Shown: piece after piece, positions 26,340 through 40,450 of the stretch
Position numbering within the stretch: the stretch's first letter is position 1
Layout of the letters: each line of letters starts with the position of its first letter
NCBI RefSeq assembly: GCF_001194135.2
Contig: NC_068982.1
Coordinates: forward strand, 159,297,031 to 159,361,030
DNA: 64,000 nt
Direction: 5' to 3'
DNA from: Octopus bimaculoides
Lineage: Eukaryota
Position numbers and translations under genes: made by a program
The notes under the pieces: model-generated
What the model was told of the DNA's origin: nothing
Database searches by the model: none
The model's input: the letters and a program-made list of their open reading frames with translations, nothing else

Positions 26340-26660
26340 AAAAGAGGACACCCATTTGCAGACTGATTCCCCTCAAGCAGGAGCTAAAAGCTGTCAGTGA
26401 AAAACTCCGACATCAGAGGGCGGAACCAGGCAGCAGTATACAGAGACATGGGAGGAAGAGCAGTGAACATCACGGAAGCTTCTTCATGAGAAGACATAGA
26501 CGTTTTCTGGAGGAAAATCTGGAATGAAGAGAAGGATTTTAACCAAAATGCTCTGGAGCTGAAAGAAATCAGAAGACGTTATTGCTCTTGTGTTACATAC
26601 AAGAAATACAACATTGATAGTGAAACTTTTGCAACTGTGATCCAGAAACTTCTTTCCTCC
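26340..26660 (+). mobile_element. R4/Dong-like LINE fragment (region just before RT)
   Basis: LKQELKAVSEKLRHQ, VYRDMGGRAVNI...S*EDIDVFWRKIWNEEKDFNQNA fits the F.....VYR.L....PS.E....FW..IW pattern of this clade. Confidence 0.72.
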
Positions 26661-26699
26661 AGGGGTACAGTTCACTATATTTTTACTATCAATTTCTAG

Positions 26700-26945
26700 A
26701 AAAGTGCATTGGACAGAATCTTGCCCTATATCATTGCTTTGTTTATTTAAGCAATGTAATCGATAATGTTAATCGAAATACTCTGTGGCTAATTCTAAGG
26801 AAAATAGGTTGTCCAGAGAAATTTGTAAATATGATCAGGGCTTTGCATCAAAATATGAAAACCAGAGTTAATTTTGGTGGCAGGCTTTCTGAACCTTTTG
26901 CCGTGGAAAATGTAGTATACTTTGCCGTTGTGATGTCACAGGCGT
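26700..26945 (+). mobile_element. RTE-clade LINE reverse-transcriptase fragment
   Basis: KCIGQNLALYHCFVYLSNVIDNVNRNTLWLILRKIGCPEKFVNMIRALHQNMKTRVNFGGRLSEPFAVEN, typical of RTE RT domains 3-4. Confidence 0.85.
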
Positions 26946-28890
26946 TTTACTGTTTAATCTAGTTATGGGACGGGTCTATTTGAGGCTTTACTTAATACAC
27001 TTTTAATCGAATTATCAAGAAATTCGAATTTTTTATACAAACCCTTTTTATACTAGAGACGAACCAACAGTTTTTACCAAGATCACAAGAGCACTCATCA
27101 TTTCAGTAGTATTATTTATATAGAATAATACAATTGATAGGAACTACTACGATCGTTTTGTGAGATCATGATAGAATTGCGCCACCCTCCCATGAAGTGC
27201 ACGAAGAAATAACGACCGAATTCAATCCTCGACTGTATTGAAGTATTCTACACACAAATTTCCCAACGTTGTAGGCCGAATTATTATATTAATAGGGAAA
27301 CAACAAACAGAAATAAATGAAAACATTCAAGACTAATTCATTCCGGAAATGTTGGAGGCCTAGTATTTATTATTTCTACAAAACTTTATATGATTATATA
27401 AGAAGTAATGCTAAATCAACAGACTCATATTAGTGTGTATTTAACATACTATTATGAAGTCTATTAATTGCCTCAAAAAAGAATTGCAGATCTCTAAACT
27501 TCATAAATAAGTATTGTTCAATTTAATAAGCTATAACAAAATAAGTACATAAGAGAAAGTTAAATGTAATATTTATTGTCATGTTGTTGTGTTCATATTC
27601 ACTGTCTGACCATTCAGCACAGAAACTAAAGTTAGCAACATATTCCTTAAAGGTAAACATTTTCTTCAAAGAATTCAGGAATGGAAATCCTATTACCATT
27701 ATTGTAGTTTGCTACTTGTTCGATTACACAAGTAAATAATAATAAAGAAAATACATGTTACGTTCCGGCAAAACATGAAAAATCGTCTAGACATTTTTAA
27801 CGTATTATTTAGTAATTTCGCACTCAGTTACACATTTACACACACACACACACACACATACACACATATGCACACTTGTATTCTTTCCTCAGGATCTAGA
27901 ATGAAATTACTCTATATTAAGTGTTATTATATTTACGATCATCAGGGCAGTGCATTGGTAGAATAAACACAATGCTTGACAAAATACCTTGTTGATTTTA
28001 TTTAAAGTACTTCAGAATCTGTGTTCTAATCCAATCTAAGTAGTCTTCATCCTACTAAGTCTATAAAAATATAACAATCAAGAACTAAGACCGATCTCAT
28101 CGATTATTCCATCCGACACATTGCTGTTTTTGTATTTAAATTAGAAACCATTATTTCCCAATTTTTCAGAACTACAACGCATTGTTGGAATCTCAGAATG
28201 TTGCTCCTGAGAAAGAATGCACCTTAATTTATCCAATATCGTGTTACCACAAGTAGCAGGAGAGTTATTATTGGATACGCCATGACATCGTTTATGCTGC
28301 ATCTCTAAACGAAATCATCGGTTGTACTTTGCCTCTTAAAGAAATTATACGTTATTCGTAACTCAACATATCACATGTTTAAATCAGTGATAGATCATGT
28401 TTAGATCAGTGATAATCACTTATATTAGAGGGTGAGGCATACAACGCATGGTATAATAAAAGTTCAACCAAAGTGGGTAAGGATTAAAGGAACAACAATG
28501 CAAGTATAAATACAATCGAATTAAATGCGATAAATATTCCTAGCAGAGTAATGTTGATATAATTGATGTTTTCAGTCAAACAGATTTATTCAAACCATCA
28601 GCGTTAACAGCTGCAAAGAATTCAGTGGGATATCACACAGTTTTCTTAACATAATTCAGATCAAACGAAAGGAGTCGACATGAGAATGTTTCTCTAAAAT
28701 GTTGAACATCGGGAGTAAATCGTGAGCAGCATAAATTGTGAAACCAACTTCTAAAACTACCGACTATGTGTGAAGCAGTTTAAGTGTCACTGAACTGTCT
28801 GTCTTTTGTCTGTCTGTCTGTCTGTCTGTATGTATGTATGTATGTATGTATGTTTGTATGTATGTACATATCTCTGGCTGGATGTATTTC

Positions 28891-29172
28891 AAGACCCACT
28901 TCGGTCAGGAATGACCATGGGATTGTACCTAGAAAGTTTCCCTTCGAGGCAGAAGTCTAGGCAATGCTGTTTATGGATATGCAGTCACCCATGCATATCA
29001 GCCTCCACTTTCCACGCCACTAATGTTATCCAAAGGAAAAGCAAAAGACGATACAGCTAGTCACCAGTCACGGTTCAGCTCATTTCTACTGATGGATGAT
29101 CGTGAAATAAAGTCCGGTATTCGAACATCATGATTGTGAGCTGGACTCTCTAACCACTGAGCCATGAGACTT
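28891..29172 (-). mobile_element. tRNA-SINE family C
   Basis: Minus strand has A box TGGCTCAGTGGTTAGA and B box GTTCGAATACC, a body of about 280 bp, and ends beside an (ATAC)/(AGAC) array. Confidence 0.82.
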
Positions 29173-30543
29173 TACATATATGTATATATGTGTGTGTGTG
29201 TGCATGTGTGTGTGTGTGTGTGTGTGTGTATGACTGCGCATGCGCGAACCTGAATAGGGAGTTGAACGAACACAGCTCACTGTAAGTTCCCTGTCACAAA
29301 ATATGCATGGTCAAGACTAGGGATTAATCTCACCGTCCTTCTGAAAATCGAGGATTCACAATGGTAGAGAGTATATTATATAATCAGAAAAGAGAAGCGG
29401 GAAAAACGTTTATTCCATTTGCTGATGACTATTTTCTAATCTGATTTTTCATTTACTATGATTTGATCTCGCGCGTAGTCTGTTTATTATGTTACAATTC
29501 AATGATATTTATATGTATATATATATAAGTGTGTGTGTGTGTATGTATGTATGGGTGCGTGTGTGCGTATGTGTGTGGGCGCGTTTGTGTGTGTGTTTGT
29601 GTGTGTGTGTGCGCGCGTGTATGTATCCAATTGTGGATATTCATCTAATTACATAAATGAGCCACGTCTTTTTTTGATAGCTTTGATAATATTTTCAAAA
29701 TTATTATCATGTTAATTTTATGAATAATATATTAATGAAAATATTCAATATCAAATGATTTTCAACACAATTTCTATATTTACAGGACCGGTATGTCTAA
29801 TAATTTGACAAAAACATTCAAATCTTTTTTTCTTTTTTTTGTCTGGCATTTGCTACATCGACATTCAGATGAAAATGTCGACACTAGGATTTATACAGTG
29901 GCATATAAATACAAGTCTTCCCCCACCACCCTGCCGGCAGTGTAAGTAACTGTACGTATGGACCGAAAAGTTTCTGAAACCAAATCAATGGTATAGGTAC
30001 AAATATTAGTATATGTCTAGCAAGTCTAAGACTTAAAATCTAAATTCAGACAAGAATTCAGTGACATTATAGCTACAAGCTTTAAGAATTAAGTCATCAG
30101 GAAAGTAATTTAATTAAGTCTATTTCAAAAAATATCAATAAAGATATTTTACTTCGGGTATTTTTGAAATCTCTTTAGACTACATAGCAATGATATTACA
30201 TAAACCGCTTCCAATATTTTAAACAATAGTTCTTTAAATATTTCCCAATGTAAGATACATCGAGCAAAACTTGTTCTGCACGTACATACATGGGAGAATC
30301 ATACATGCATATACACACACTTCTATGTATTTAGATGCGCATGTATATATATGCTACCTAGATAGACAGATGTGTGCGTATGTATATATGTGTTCGAGTG
30401 TCTACGCGTGTGTTTGCGTGTAATTGTGTGCCAGTGTGTATAGCTATATTAATCGATATAAATGAGTATAGAGACAAACACACACACACATATATACATA
30501 TATATGGGAGGTTTTGATATTCAGATGATCTAATGATCTAAAC

Positions 30544-30598
<55 letters not shown>

Positions 30599-31140
30599 TA
30601 TGTGTATATATTATACATACGTACAAATGTGCACATAGATATATACAGACATACTTATAGTTAAAAAGAGGAGAAACACAAGTGGATATTACCCTCTTCT
30701 AATTATAGCAGGAATTGTATTTTCAAGTTTCAAGTTAGAAACACAAGGTTAGTTATATATTAACTCGATTTGTAGTTACTCCGAACGCAACTTATAGAAA
30801 AATATTGTGTAACGATCAATTTTTTTCTGTTTCGTATCGATGACGTTATCATGCAATGTTTGCACATCGGAATTTTCATTTACATATAAATATAAATTAC
30901 ATTCTCATTGTTCACTTTGTATCGGCTTTGCAAATGTGCTTCGCAAGATACTACTAATACCGTGGTCGCTCTTGTTTAGGAACCAGATATATTTTGAAAA
31001 CGAAGTAGAATCTGTTCCGCCTTGATTTTGGTGAATTGATATGATGTACATATGAGACTAAAAGGGGATTTCAGTTAATTCTGTTGACTATATATGTAAA
31101 TAAGTGTGATGTAAATATGCATATCGATTTATACATGTGT

Positions 31141-31191
<51 letters not shown>

Positions 31192-31919
31192 TGTGCAACG
31201 CTGATAAATTGCAGTTCATTACAGCCGTTTCAGATATGTTCTTTATTGATGAACAATGATATTATATCATGTCTCTCAGCGGAAACCTAGATGGGAGTGT
31301 CAGATAGCATTATGTTCTATTTATGTAAAGAATCGTAAGTGTTCAATTTTACTCCTAATTTACCTGAAGCAAAGATATATATATATATATATTACATGAA
31401 GTAAAGAAATGTCTGAAAAAGCTGCAGTGAACCTCAACTCATCTGTGTTATTGTTTAAACTTTACTTTACTCCGAACCTTCCCTGCGTTGGAACTGGAGC
31501 CTATAGTCGATTGTGGAGTACGTGCAGTGAGTGTAATTCTCTGTAACATTCCGTACACGTTGTATTCGGTCAGTGCTTGTGAATGGGTGAATAACTGGAG
31601 GGACAAAGTACGTACATGTCCGTAGATAATGCTAGTGCATAGATGCGCTAGCATTGACTCAACATCGTTGACTTTGCTATTTAAATACGTTGATTGTATC
31701 GGATTACATGCATTATGATAACGATTTACTGATTCGTTTCTTGTTTACCGTCCTTGTGTGATGAGAGTTTGGAGGAAAGTATTGAATGTTGATTTATATG
31801 TATGTCTACATCAGTGCCTCTCAAGCTGGTGCTTATATTGGTTTTAGGCAAAGGCAATACTTTCCAGCTCCATTTCCCAAAGATATCCATACACCCATTG
31901 CGGGTCTCAGTATTTCTCT

Positions 31920-31920
31920 A

Positions 31921-31962
<42 letters not shown>

Positions 31963-31992
31963 ACTGCTGCTGCCACTGCTGCTGCCACTGAT
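31920..31992. repeat. Imperfect (GCT)n triplet repeat
   Basis: Read directly. Confidence 0.93.
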
Positions 31993-33664
31993 GCTGTGTC
32001 TCAGCTTGTTTGTCTCAAATGATATTTCTTGAGTGACACAGTTTTACTGTTTTCCACTAATAAATACTCAACAGAAGCGCATGCGTGTCTGGCTATTTAT
32101 TGACTTACTCGTTTCTGTGATATTTGGCTACCGATGCCCTTTCTCTCCCATCTACATAGACCCCTATGTTATTTTGTGTGTGCGGATCTCTACTTTAAAC
32201 AACTGCTGTATATTGTCTCCTTTTGAACATTTTTTTCTGATTTTAACTCGTCAGGTCGTAATATGCAGTCCTTGTATGTTCGCTTGAATCATTCATTAAC
32301 TACAAGAGAATGCATCACTTACAATTATGATGCTTTACTGAACAACATTGCATTGATTATGGTAATGATGATGGTGGTGGCAAAATGTCGTTTTTTCTTT
32401 TATAATAGTGGATTGGATTTTGGTATGGAAGTCGTCTCCATTGTTACGTTTTTAATATCTGCTTTAGAAATACGCTCAGTGGTGTTACAATAAGTGTTAT
32501 TGTTGTTGCTACAATTACTGACAGCAACATTGTTTGTTTCTGCAATTATTTAAACACATGGTGATGGCAGTAGCATTTCGTGTGTTGTTGTGAATATGTT
32601 TACCGGATGTTGAACCTGAGGAATAATATCGTAAATTAGCAGATTTCTTTTTTTACAAAGATTCATTCGCTCTCCCGTTATCGTGGCACGTTCCCCTATG
32701 TGCATTTGACAATATTATCAAAAATAACACATCGACCAGCCGATCTCTTTGTCTCTCTTCCTTCTCACTCTATATATATATAAAGTTAGGAGAGGCCTGC
32801 AGGGTCAGAAATTATCACACTTATCATTCCACAGTCATTTCCGAAAGAAAAACCCCTGCGATTTCGAAATGTAAATATAAAATCATTCTTATTAGAGTAA
32901 ATGAACAGCAATTGTTTCCAGACAGATGGAGCGGCAGAAATACGTGACGTTCTGTAAAGCAAAAAGAAGCAGAAAAATGCAAAAGCAAACGAATCCAGTA
33001 GTGTATGCGTGTATTTCTGATAATTCTATTTTATTATTCTTGCTACTAGTTTGTTATTGATACAGGCAAAGTTATATTGTTGAGCCTGAAAAATATCTCG
33101 GTGAACTAGAGTTTGTAATTATGTTAATTAGATCGTTCATGTCCTTGAGGAAATTATGAGTATCATATTTTCTTATTTCTCAAGCTTTGCAAATACAAAA
33201 CTTCATGATTGTCAGATTTCATTAACGGACATAAATTTAACATTTTTTTCATGTAGGTTTTATTGCTTCCGTTCTTTTCTTCCTCAGATGTTAATCAATA
33301 TTAATATTGTGAGAGAGAAAAATAAGAATCCGAGAAAACTGGTAATGGTCAGCGTCTGTGACGAGAAAGAGGGGAAAATTTAATTAAAACCATCTGTATT
33401 ATACAGCCAGCTTTATTGTCCTAATCGTAATTGTTTAGCCGCAGGTCGGTCCTGATCAAGCAAACCAGGAAAAATGTATCCCGGACAACAATAACTGGGT
33501 GACTCATTTTAAGTGAGGTATCCGGTTATATACCAATGGTCTGTGTGAATGTTTTACTATTTCTAACGGGAAAATAGAGGCATCCTTTTCGGATAACAAT
33601 ACCATTGATACCTATAACTAATTACTCTGAATATTCAAGCCGTGTATAACTGTAACCAGCAATA

Positions 33665-33982
33665 TTAAGGTGGGTGATGGGTAGATTACATCAACCCCAA
33701 TCCTCAACAGTTCCTTATTTTATCGACCCTGAAAGAATGAAAAGTAAAGTCGACCTCATCGAAATTTGAACTTAGAACGCAAACATGAAATACTGCTAAG
33801 CATTTTACCCGTCGCCGTAAGTATTCTGCTGACGCACCAGCTTAAGTGTTAACAATACTGTCTCAAATTCTGGTAGAAGGTCAGAAAGTTGGGAGGGAGG
33901 GAGAAATTTAGAACGTAAAGACGGACGAAATGCCGCTAAATATTTTGCCGACATACTAACGATTCTGCCAGGTCGCCGCCTT
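33665..33982 (-). mobile_element. Two adjacent family A SINE copies (about 33665-33843 and 33858-33982, the second internally deleted)
   Basis: Both align to 52140-52308 (AAAGTCGACCTC..GAAATTTGAACT.AGAACG...GCTAAGCATTTT...ATTCTGC). Confidence 0.85.
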
Positions 33983-34615
33983 GACTGTATCCAATATTAG
34001 CACTTATTAAGACGTTCGACCTATTAAAACAATTGTAAATGGGGGCAAATATGAAAAAAGGGAATTTGACTATGGTGTATGAATCGTATTCAGGAAAGTT
34101 ATTCACCTTATTTCATTTAATTTATTCATAAATACCTGCACACAATATATTATGCTATTGTATGTGGTATTTATTTTAACTCTTATAACTATCACATTAA
34201 AACAAGAATGTGGGTTAGCATAAAAGCATGTGTGGCATCAGGAAAAGCAATATAGTGATAATATAATTATGGTATGCTGAATATATGTTTAAATGATGAC
34301 AAGGTTACATATTTTCCTACATCACACACGCTACGGTAAACTCTGCTTCCATTATTTAGGAGTGGATAAAGTAAGTACTAGTCAAGTAGTGATGTTTATG
34401 TGTTAGAATAACACCTTCTCTAAAACTGCTTACCTTGACCAAAGTTCGAAACATTCATGTATTAAAAGTTTGTGAATAAAACAAGCAACACGGACGCAAC
34501 CGCACTCTCGACTTTCCTACTACGTGTCTTCAATTTCGGTGTTATAATTACAATTCACAAGTACATATGTTTAGTCGTAATATGACTATACATATGCTTA
34601 TATATATATATATAT

Positions 34616-34703
34616 NNNNNNNNNNNNNNNNNNNNNNNNNNNNNNNNNNNNNNNNNNNNNNNNNNNNNNNNNNNNNNNNNNNNNNNNNNNNNNNNNNNNN
34701 NNN
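34616..34703. other. Assembly gap within (TA)n
   Basis: N run. Confidence 0.99.
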
Positions 34704-35298
34704 ATATATATACAAATGTACGTATGTATTATGTTACGCTAAGCAATTGAGTTGCGAATCGAGTCAAAGATAAGAAACTACTTCAAATAATTGTTAGAGT
34801 AACCTCACAAGTGGAACCTGTACCAGTCGCTTTGTGCTAGCAGCGAGTCGTATAAGATGTAATAATGAAGAGAAACCAAATATTGATATTTTGCAATCAT
34901 GTATTCAAAATATTTTGAAAGTGATTCAGCTGAGAATAATCTTCCGTAATGGATACATTTCCATTACACAAACATGTAGCGTACGTATTCAATGAATTCA
35001 AAATATCACTATTTTGTTTGAATTGAGCAATACAACTAAAAGTACAGGTGTTTCTCTCTGTGTGTGTGTGTGTGTGCATGTGTGTGTTTGTGTGCGTGTG
35101 ATTGTGCATGTATGTGTGCGCGTGTGTATGAAATACCTTTTCCTACTATTTCCACAGAAATCTTTTGTCGTCCGTCCACATTTAAAATTATATTATTTCT
35201 TGTATTTTCATCTCGCGAGTAGAAGCTTTTATACATTTTCTGTCTACTAAGCGAATACTACATTGCCAATAAGAAAAATACACTGAAAATATATGATT

Positions 35299-35466
35299 TA
35301 TAACCATATCACGTTCTCATCCGACCACCGAAGTTAAACAACATCGGGCCTAGTTAGTTCTTAGATAGATGAGGACTTCGGAAACCTACGTGTTGAAAGT
35401 ATCTTCTGAAGCAGTACCCCATCATGCCCGCAACCAAATGACTCTAACAAGTAAAAAAATAAAAGA
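35299..35466 (+). mobile_element. 5S-rRNA-derived SINE (SINE3-like) or 5S pseudogene fused to a SINE tail
   Basis: ACCATATCACGTT/CTCATCCGACCACCGAAGTTAAACAACATCGGGCCTAGTTAGTTCTTAGATAGATG is colinear with metazoan 5S rRNA, with an internal deletion of about 13 nt. The tail matches the reverse complement of 47881-47938. Confidence 0.85.
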
Positions 35467-37821
35467 ATAGAAAAAACACGAACGGAGGTTAATATATACC
35501 TGTGCCTCTCTGTGTTTTCGGCTTTGTTTCCTTACCGATTGCAAGGATACACAGTAGTCAATGCACGTCATATTTTCTTTGCGTTTGGAATAATTTGACT
35601 TATGAGTTCTCTGATATTTACACTATTTTAAACAAGAAAATTCCAGCAATACTGCGTGATAAATATTTTTCATAGAAAATAAATTAAAAGTCTTACTTCT
35701 AACTCATTTACAATATGATGTGATCTGAGCCTTTTTACTTCAGAATATTTTGAATAATGCCTGCATAAGTAACATACGCACTCCGTGACTCTCTTTCCGT
35801 GTACGTATATTTGATATCTGCACTGAAAGCTGTTAGTAATTGGTTAAAACAATGTACTTTGGTGTCAGACGTGGCATTATATAACTTGATAAACCATTAT
35901 ATAATTTGATAAAAATATTTTAGGTAATGTCTTAATGGTGCATCTTTTTTGCTCCTTTCTTATTGTCATTAGCAATACATTGGTACCAGGGAATTGTCAT
36001 TTAGAATTGTCATATAGAATTGTAATGTAGAATTTAAATGTCTAATGATATTATTTAAGTTATATAATAAACTGTTTAATCTTTGCAGTACAAGTTCAAG
36101 TTCAGCTGTTTTAAGAACAACAGATTTGATAAAAGTGTCATTAATAAGACAAAAGTAAAGTTGGCAGTGGGGATGGTAAAAAATCCAACAATTGCTGATG
36201 GATTGCATATCTAATAGATGAATTGAAATTTTCAATTTATGAACAATATACTCAGCTGTGAGAGACGAGAAACGGACAAACTCAGATGAATTTTTATTTA
36301 GAATATCATTAATACCTGCAGTAATCTTAATGAACAATTGTTTATGGACAAGCAAATAATTGAGAATATTACACGTTTTTTTTAGTTAATTTGTCAATTG
36401 TGACACCCTGTCTAATAATATAAAATATATCAATATCCTCTAGTTGCATGTAGGTATTAAAATTATTGCTCCACCAGTCCCCCACAAAAACACACACGTT
36501 CTGTATCTGGGATTCTGTGAAAATTCGTCTGTTAATTCAGAGAATTATGAGAAGCCGACGTGGTTCATTTAAAAAGGCGCAGAAAATAAAGGAACAGTAC
36601 TTGGTAAATGTTAAGTACCCAATATCTTGTCATGACAGTAGTAGGAGCGTACATGCGTTTACAACGGTATAAAAATCGTGAAATATAAACAGATATATTA
36701 TTTTACTAAAACGTTTTAACTGATATACATGTTTTGATTTAAAAGTTGCTTCTGGAGTGTATAGGATATATCGAGATAATTTTTTCCGGGAATCTTTAAT
36801 AACTGTCCTTGTTTCTCTATATAAGAATAGTATTTTCATCTTATTATATAGCCTTTAATTTTCAGATTATATTTGCAATATCATATGGATATTTCCGATA
36901 GGTGGCAGTGCAGTGAATAGAAACGGGAATTTTCTTTGTCGATATCAGTAATTCAACTCTTTCGTTTCTCTGCTTTTCTTAATGTTTCCCCTCGAAGCGC
37001 GGTGAGAAGTTTGGGAAAAAGATACGTAAAATATGGTGTTATCAGCATAATTAAAACACTGAGATGAAGCAAGATGTGATATGCACATTGAATTTTTATT
37101 CTTCCCTTCCGTTTCCGGAATCCAGTGTGCATGTGCACATTGTATGTTAATACGTCTCTTTCCGATTCGCACCCAAAGCTGTTTACAGATCACAATCATC
37201 TCACGCATCTACGATCATGAGGAGCACTTCGCGTTTCGATATTTTCAAAATAGTCATATATACAGTTTTATTATTGAAATTATAGTCACGACCAACATTG
37301 ATAATTATGTTATTAGAATCTATGTTTGTAATGTACATTCTACATAGTAGACTTGTTGCTACATTGAAATGAAGTACATAAATTGGCTCGAAATGTTTTC
37401 ACGTGTAATTTGTGAATATTTATTTGTCAAGACTATCAGTCTCTGAATTCTTGAATGATCTGAGAAGTACGGATGAGTCGATGCATTCCCGAGCAGGCGG
37501 AAATAATAACCGTCGCCATTGGTGCGTTGCTACACTATTTGTCAAATGTCAGTTTCATTTCTCCAACATAAACCACTTAAATTTTAGTGTAATTGCTTTC
37601 GGAATTTTGCTCCTGGCTTTTCTTGACAATAGCTACAATTAATGGCAATTTTTTCGCTAATAACTATTGTAGTATTAATGGATTAAAAATAATTTGTTGC
37701 ACACATGTTCCCCTAATTTTTGAATCAATTTATTACGTATGCTAGCCTGTATTGAAAGTTTATATACTTCTTGTCAGTCATTTCCTATCTGTGTGTGTGT
37801 ATATATATATATATATAGATA

Positions 37822-37883
<62 letters not shown>

Positions 37884-38996
37884 GTTGCCCCTCCAATATC
37901 AGCTACTGCTAAATAATAACTCTATCAGAAAAATTCCAATATAGTTATAAAATTAGAACATACAAAACCCATAAATTAAAAACAACAAAAAATATTTTAA
38001 AAACGCTTAACAGAAATCTTCCTATATCATTATTAAACGGAGAACTTTTTATTATCAGCAAGCAAACACACAAGCACGCATACAAAAGAATAGAAATTTT
38101 ACATTTTAAAAATGAAGGTTCCTCTTGTGTTTGTTGATTTGTTGTAGAAATTACAAAATATATAATAAAAGCAAGTGTGCATATAGTTTTCGGTTTGTGT
38201 ATAGAAATATTTGTACAAAGAATATTTCATTAGTTTGTCTTCGGAATATTGGTTTTTTTCACTTTGCAACAAATTAGTCTATGTGAATGGTGATTATACA
38301 ATATAATTTTTCCTGTAAGTTCCGTAATCCCAGCTGTACGGAAATGTATCAAATATACACTAACACATACTGTTATATATCTCTTTATCTCAATATGTAT
38401 TTATCTGAATATTACATTCTAAAATAGAAAATGAACTTGAATATTGGAAGTTTTGCTTTTTATAAGTGTTATATATTCCACATTTACACAGAAACATACA
38501 CGAAATAATGACACAGTACAAAGATGAAATTAACGTCTAGTTTATGGTGTCGCTTACGCTAAATGACTCTCAAAGCCTAGGTCAGATTTCTCAATGATTT
38601 TGCTAATCATTCATCCTGAAAATCAACGAATTGTTTCAAATGAAGGCATCTTTTCAATTCTTTAACGAAACGTTACGTTATTGCTTGTGTATTTTAACCC
38701 GATTATCTTTATTTTCCACGTTCTGGCTTAAGTGTATTGTGTATGTCACAGAATAGCTTTATCAATTTTCTTATGTACGCAGATCGAACTACAAGTGGAT
38801 AAAGTATATAACAGTGGTATTCATAATTGAGAGTTATATATCGATATTTTCTGTGTGGTATTCCAGAGTAAATTATAGAGGTCCATTTGTTACCAGGTGT
38901 GCTACTTACGAGCAGACGATATTCTCTCTGTTGCCCAATATCCTATAGATTTAATGAGTGGATGTACACGCTCACACACATATGTGCGTCTGTTTG

Positions 38997-39033
<37 letters not shown>

Positions 39034-39341
39034 CAATGCGATCGAAGATAGAAAAGTAAGTAATGAGTGTATATGCATATTTCAGGAATTCTTGCTCATT
39101 CTTCAGCACCATATACTAGCCATTAGTAATCTAGGTGCACATTGTTAAAATAACAACAATATACAGACGTGTAACATATTTCGACACACCAACTTCATAT
39201 ATTCAATACATCCCTGGCAATTGGTCCGTACTTCATAGTTGCGCATTGGGAGAACATATTTCGTCATGCAACCAGACAGGTTGATATCCAGAGAATTAAC
39301 CGGAGCAACTAAAATCGACAGCTCTGACAACTAATATGGAA

Positions 39342-39344
39342 ATG

Positions 39345-39427
<83 letters not shown>
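39342..39427. repeat. (AAT)n microsatellite
   Basis: Read directly. Confidence 0.97.
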
Positions 39428-39428
<1 letters not shown>

Positions 39429-39899
39429 TGCCAATACACACAAATAGAGAAATTGAGGCAAATAGACCAGATATAGTTGTCAAAGATCATGAAGAAAAAA
39501 ATGCTTTCTAATTGATGTATCAATACCAGCAGATGACAACGTTTCCCTAAAAGAAATGCAAAAACTTTCAAAATACAAAAATCTGGAAATAGAGGTAACT
39601 CGAATGTGGAATTTTAAAACAGAAACAATTCCTATCATAGTAGGTGTCTTAGGTATAATAAAAAAAAATATTCAGACAAATACATAACAAAATCACCAGG
39701 ACTTACAAATATATATAACATACAGAAAATTGCACTACTGGACACTGCACACATCCTACGCAAAACACTTTCAATAAAGTAACCATAAGAGCATCACAGC
39801 AAACCACAGCACATACCCAAGGCACACAGAGCTGCGCTCGGTAGTGAAGTGAAAGCACGTTATAAAAATAAAACTACTTAACAATGATAATAATAATAA
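39428..39899 (+). mobile_element. Young 5'-truncated R4/Dong-like LINE: RLE domain, 3' UTR and (TAA)n tail
   Basis: MPIHTNREIEANRPDIVVKDHEEK.CFLIDVSIPADDNVSLKEMQKLSKYKNLEIEVTRMW...IPIIVGVLG...IQKIALLDTAHILRKTLSIK* (stop 39780-39782). The only lesions are two poly-A frameshifts. Confidence 0.95.
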
Positions 39900-39966
39900 C
39901 AACAACAATAATGAATTGCGGTGCTTGTATTTCTTTTCCAAGCGCCGCTACGATAAAATGTGTATG

Positions 39967-40037
39967 GCTCTTATGCCGTAAATATGTCATTGGGTCTTAT
40001 GCTGTAAATATGCCATTAGCTCTTATGCCGTAAATAC
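39967..40037. repeat. 26-bp tandem repeat, about 2.7 copies
   Basis: GCTCTTATGCCGTAAATATGTCATTG variants start at 39967, 39993 and 40019. Confidence 0.88.
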
Positions 40038-40049
40038 CGATATAAAGTA

Positions 40050-40402
40050 ACAGAAAACTGGTATGAGCACGTACCAAGTAAAGTTGTGCAGGAGGGTGGA
40101 AAAGTAACGATACTCTGGAACTATGATTTTCAGACGGATAGTGTAATCGAATACCGTCGGCCTGATATTGTCATATTAAATGAGAGAGATAAATACTGCC
40201 AGATCATTGATGTACCCATACCAAAATGACATGAATGTTGTGAGTAAACAGGTTGAAAAAATCAACAGGTACTCCGAACTGAAAGTGGAAATGGCAAGTT
40301 TATGGAATGCGAGAGGATGATGTAAAAGTGATACACTGAAACTTCGAAACTTCTTAAGGCAACTAGAAATCCCATGCAAGATTGATGTCTTGTAAAAAGC
40401 CC
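40050..40402 (+). mobile_element. RLE LINE endonuclease fragment (second subfamily)
   Basis: ENWYEHVPSKVVQEGGKVTILWNYDFQTDSVIEYRRPDIVIL...CQIIDVPIP...KINRYSELKVE. Confidence 0.88.
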
Positions 40403-40450
40403 TGAAGATAGAGACGGAAGTATGCACATGCGCAGCTGGGGAACAAAAGT

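Noticed and set aside
29234-29245. TGCGCATGCGCG, NRF1-like site
   Set aside because: Adjacent to a (TG)n array and easily produced by repeat mutation; no promoter evidence.
4960-30100. Other CTGATGA heptamers (near 4965, 25695, 27940, 29360, 30095)
   Set aside because: None has a paired stem II followed by GAAA; the one near 25695 lies in mariner coding sequence.
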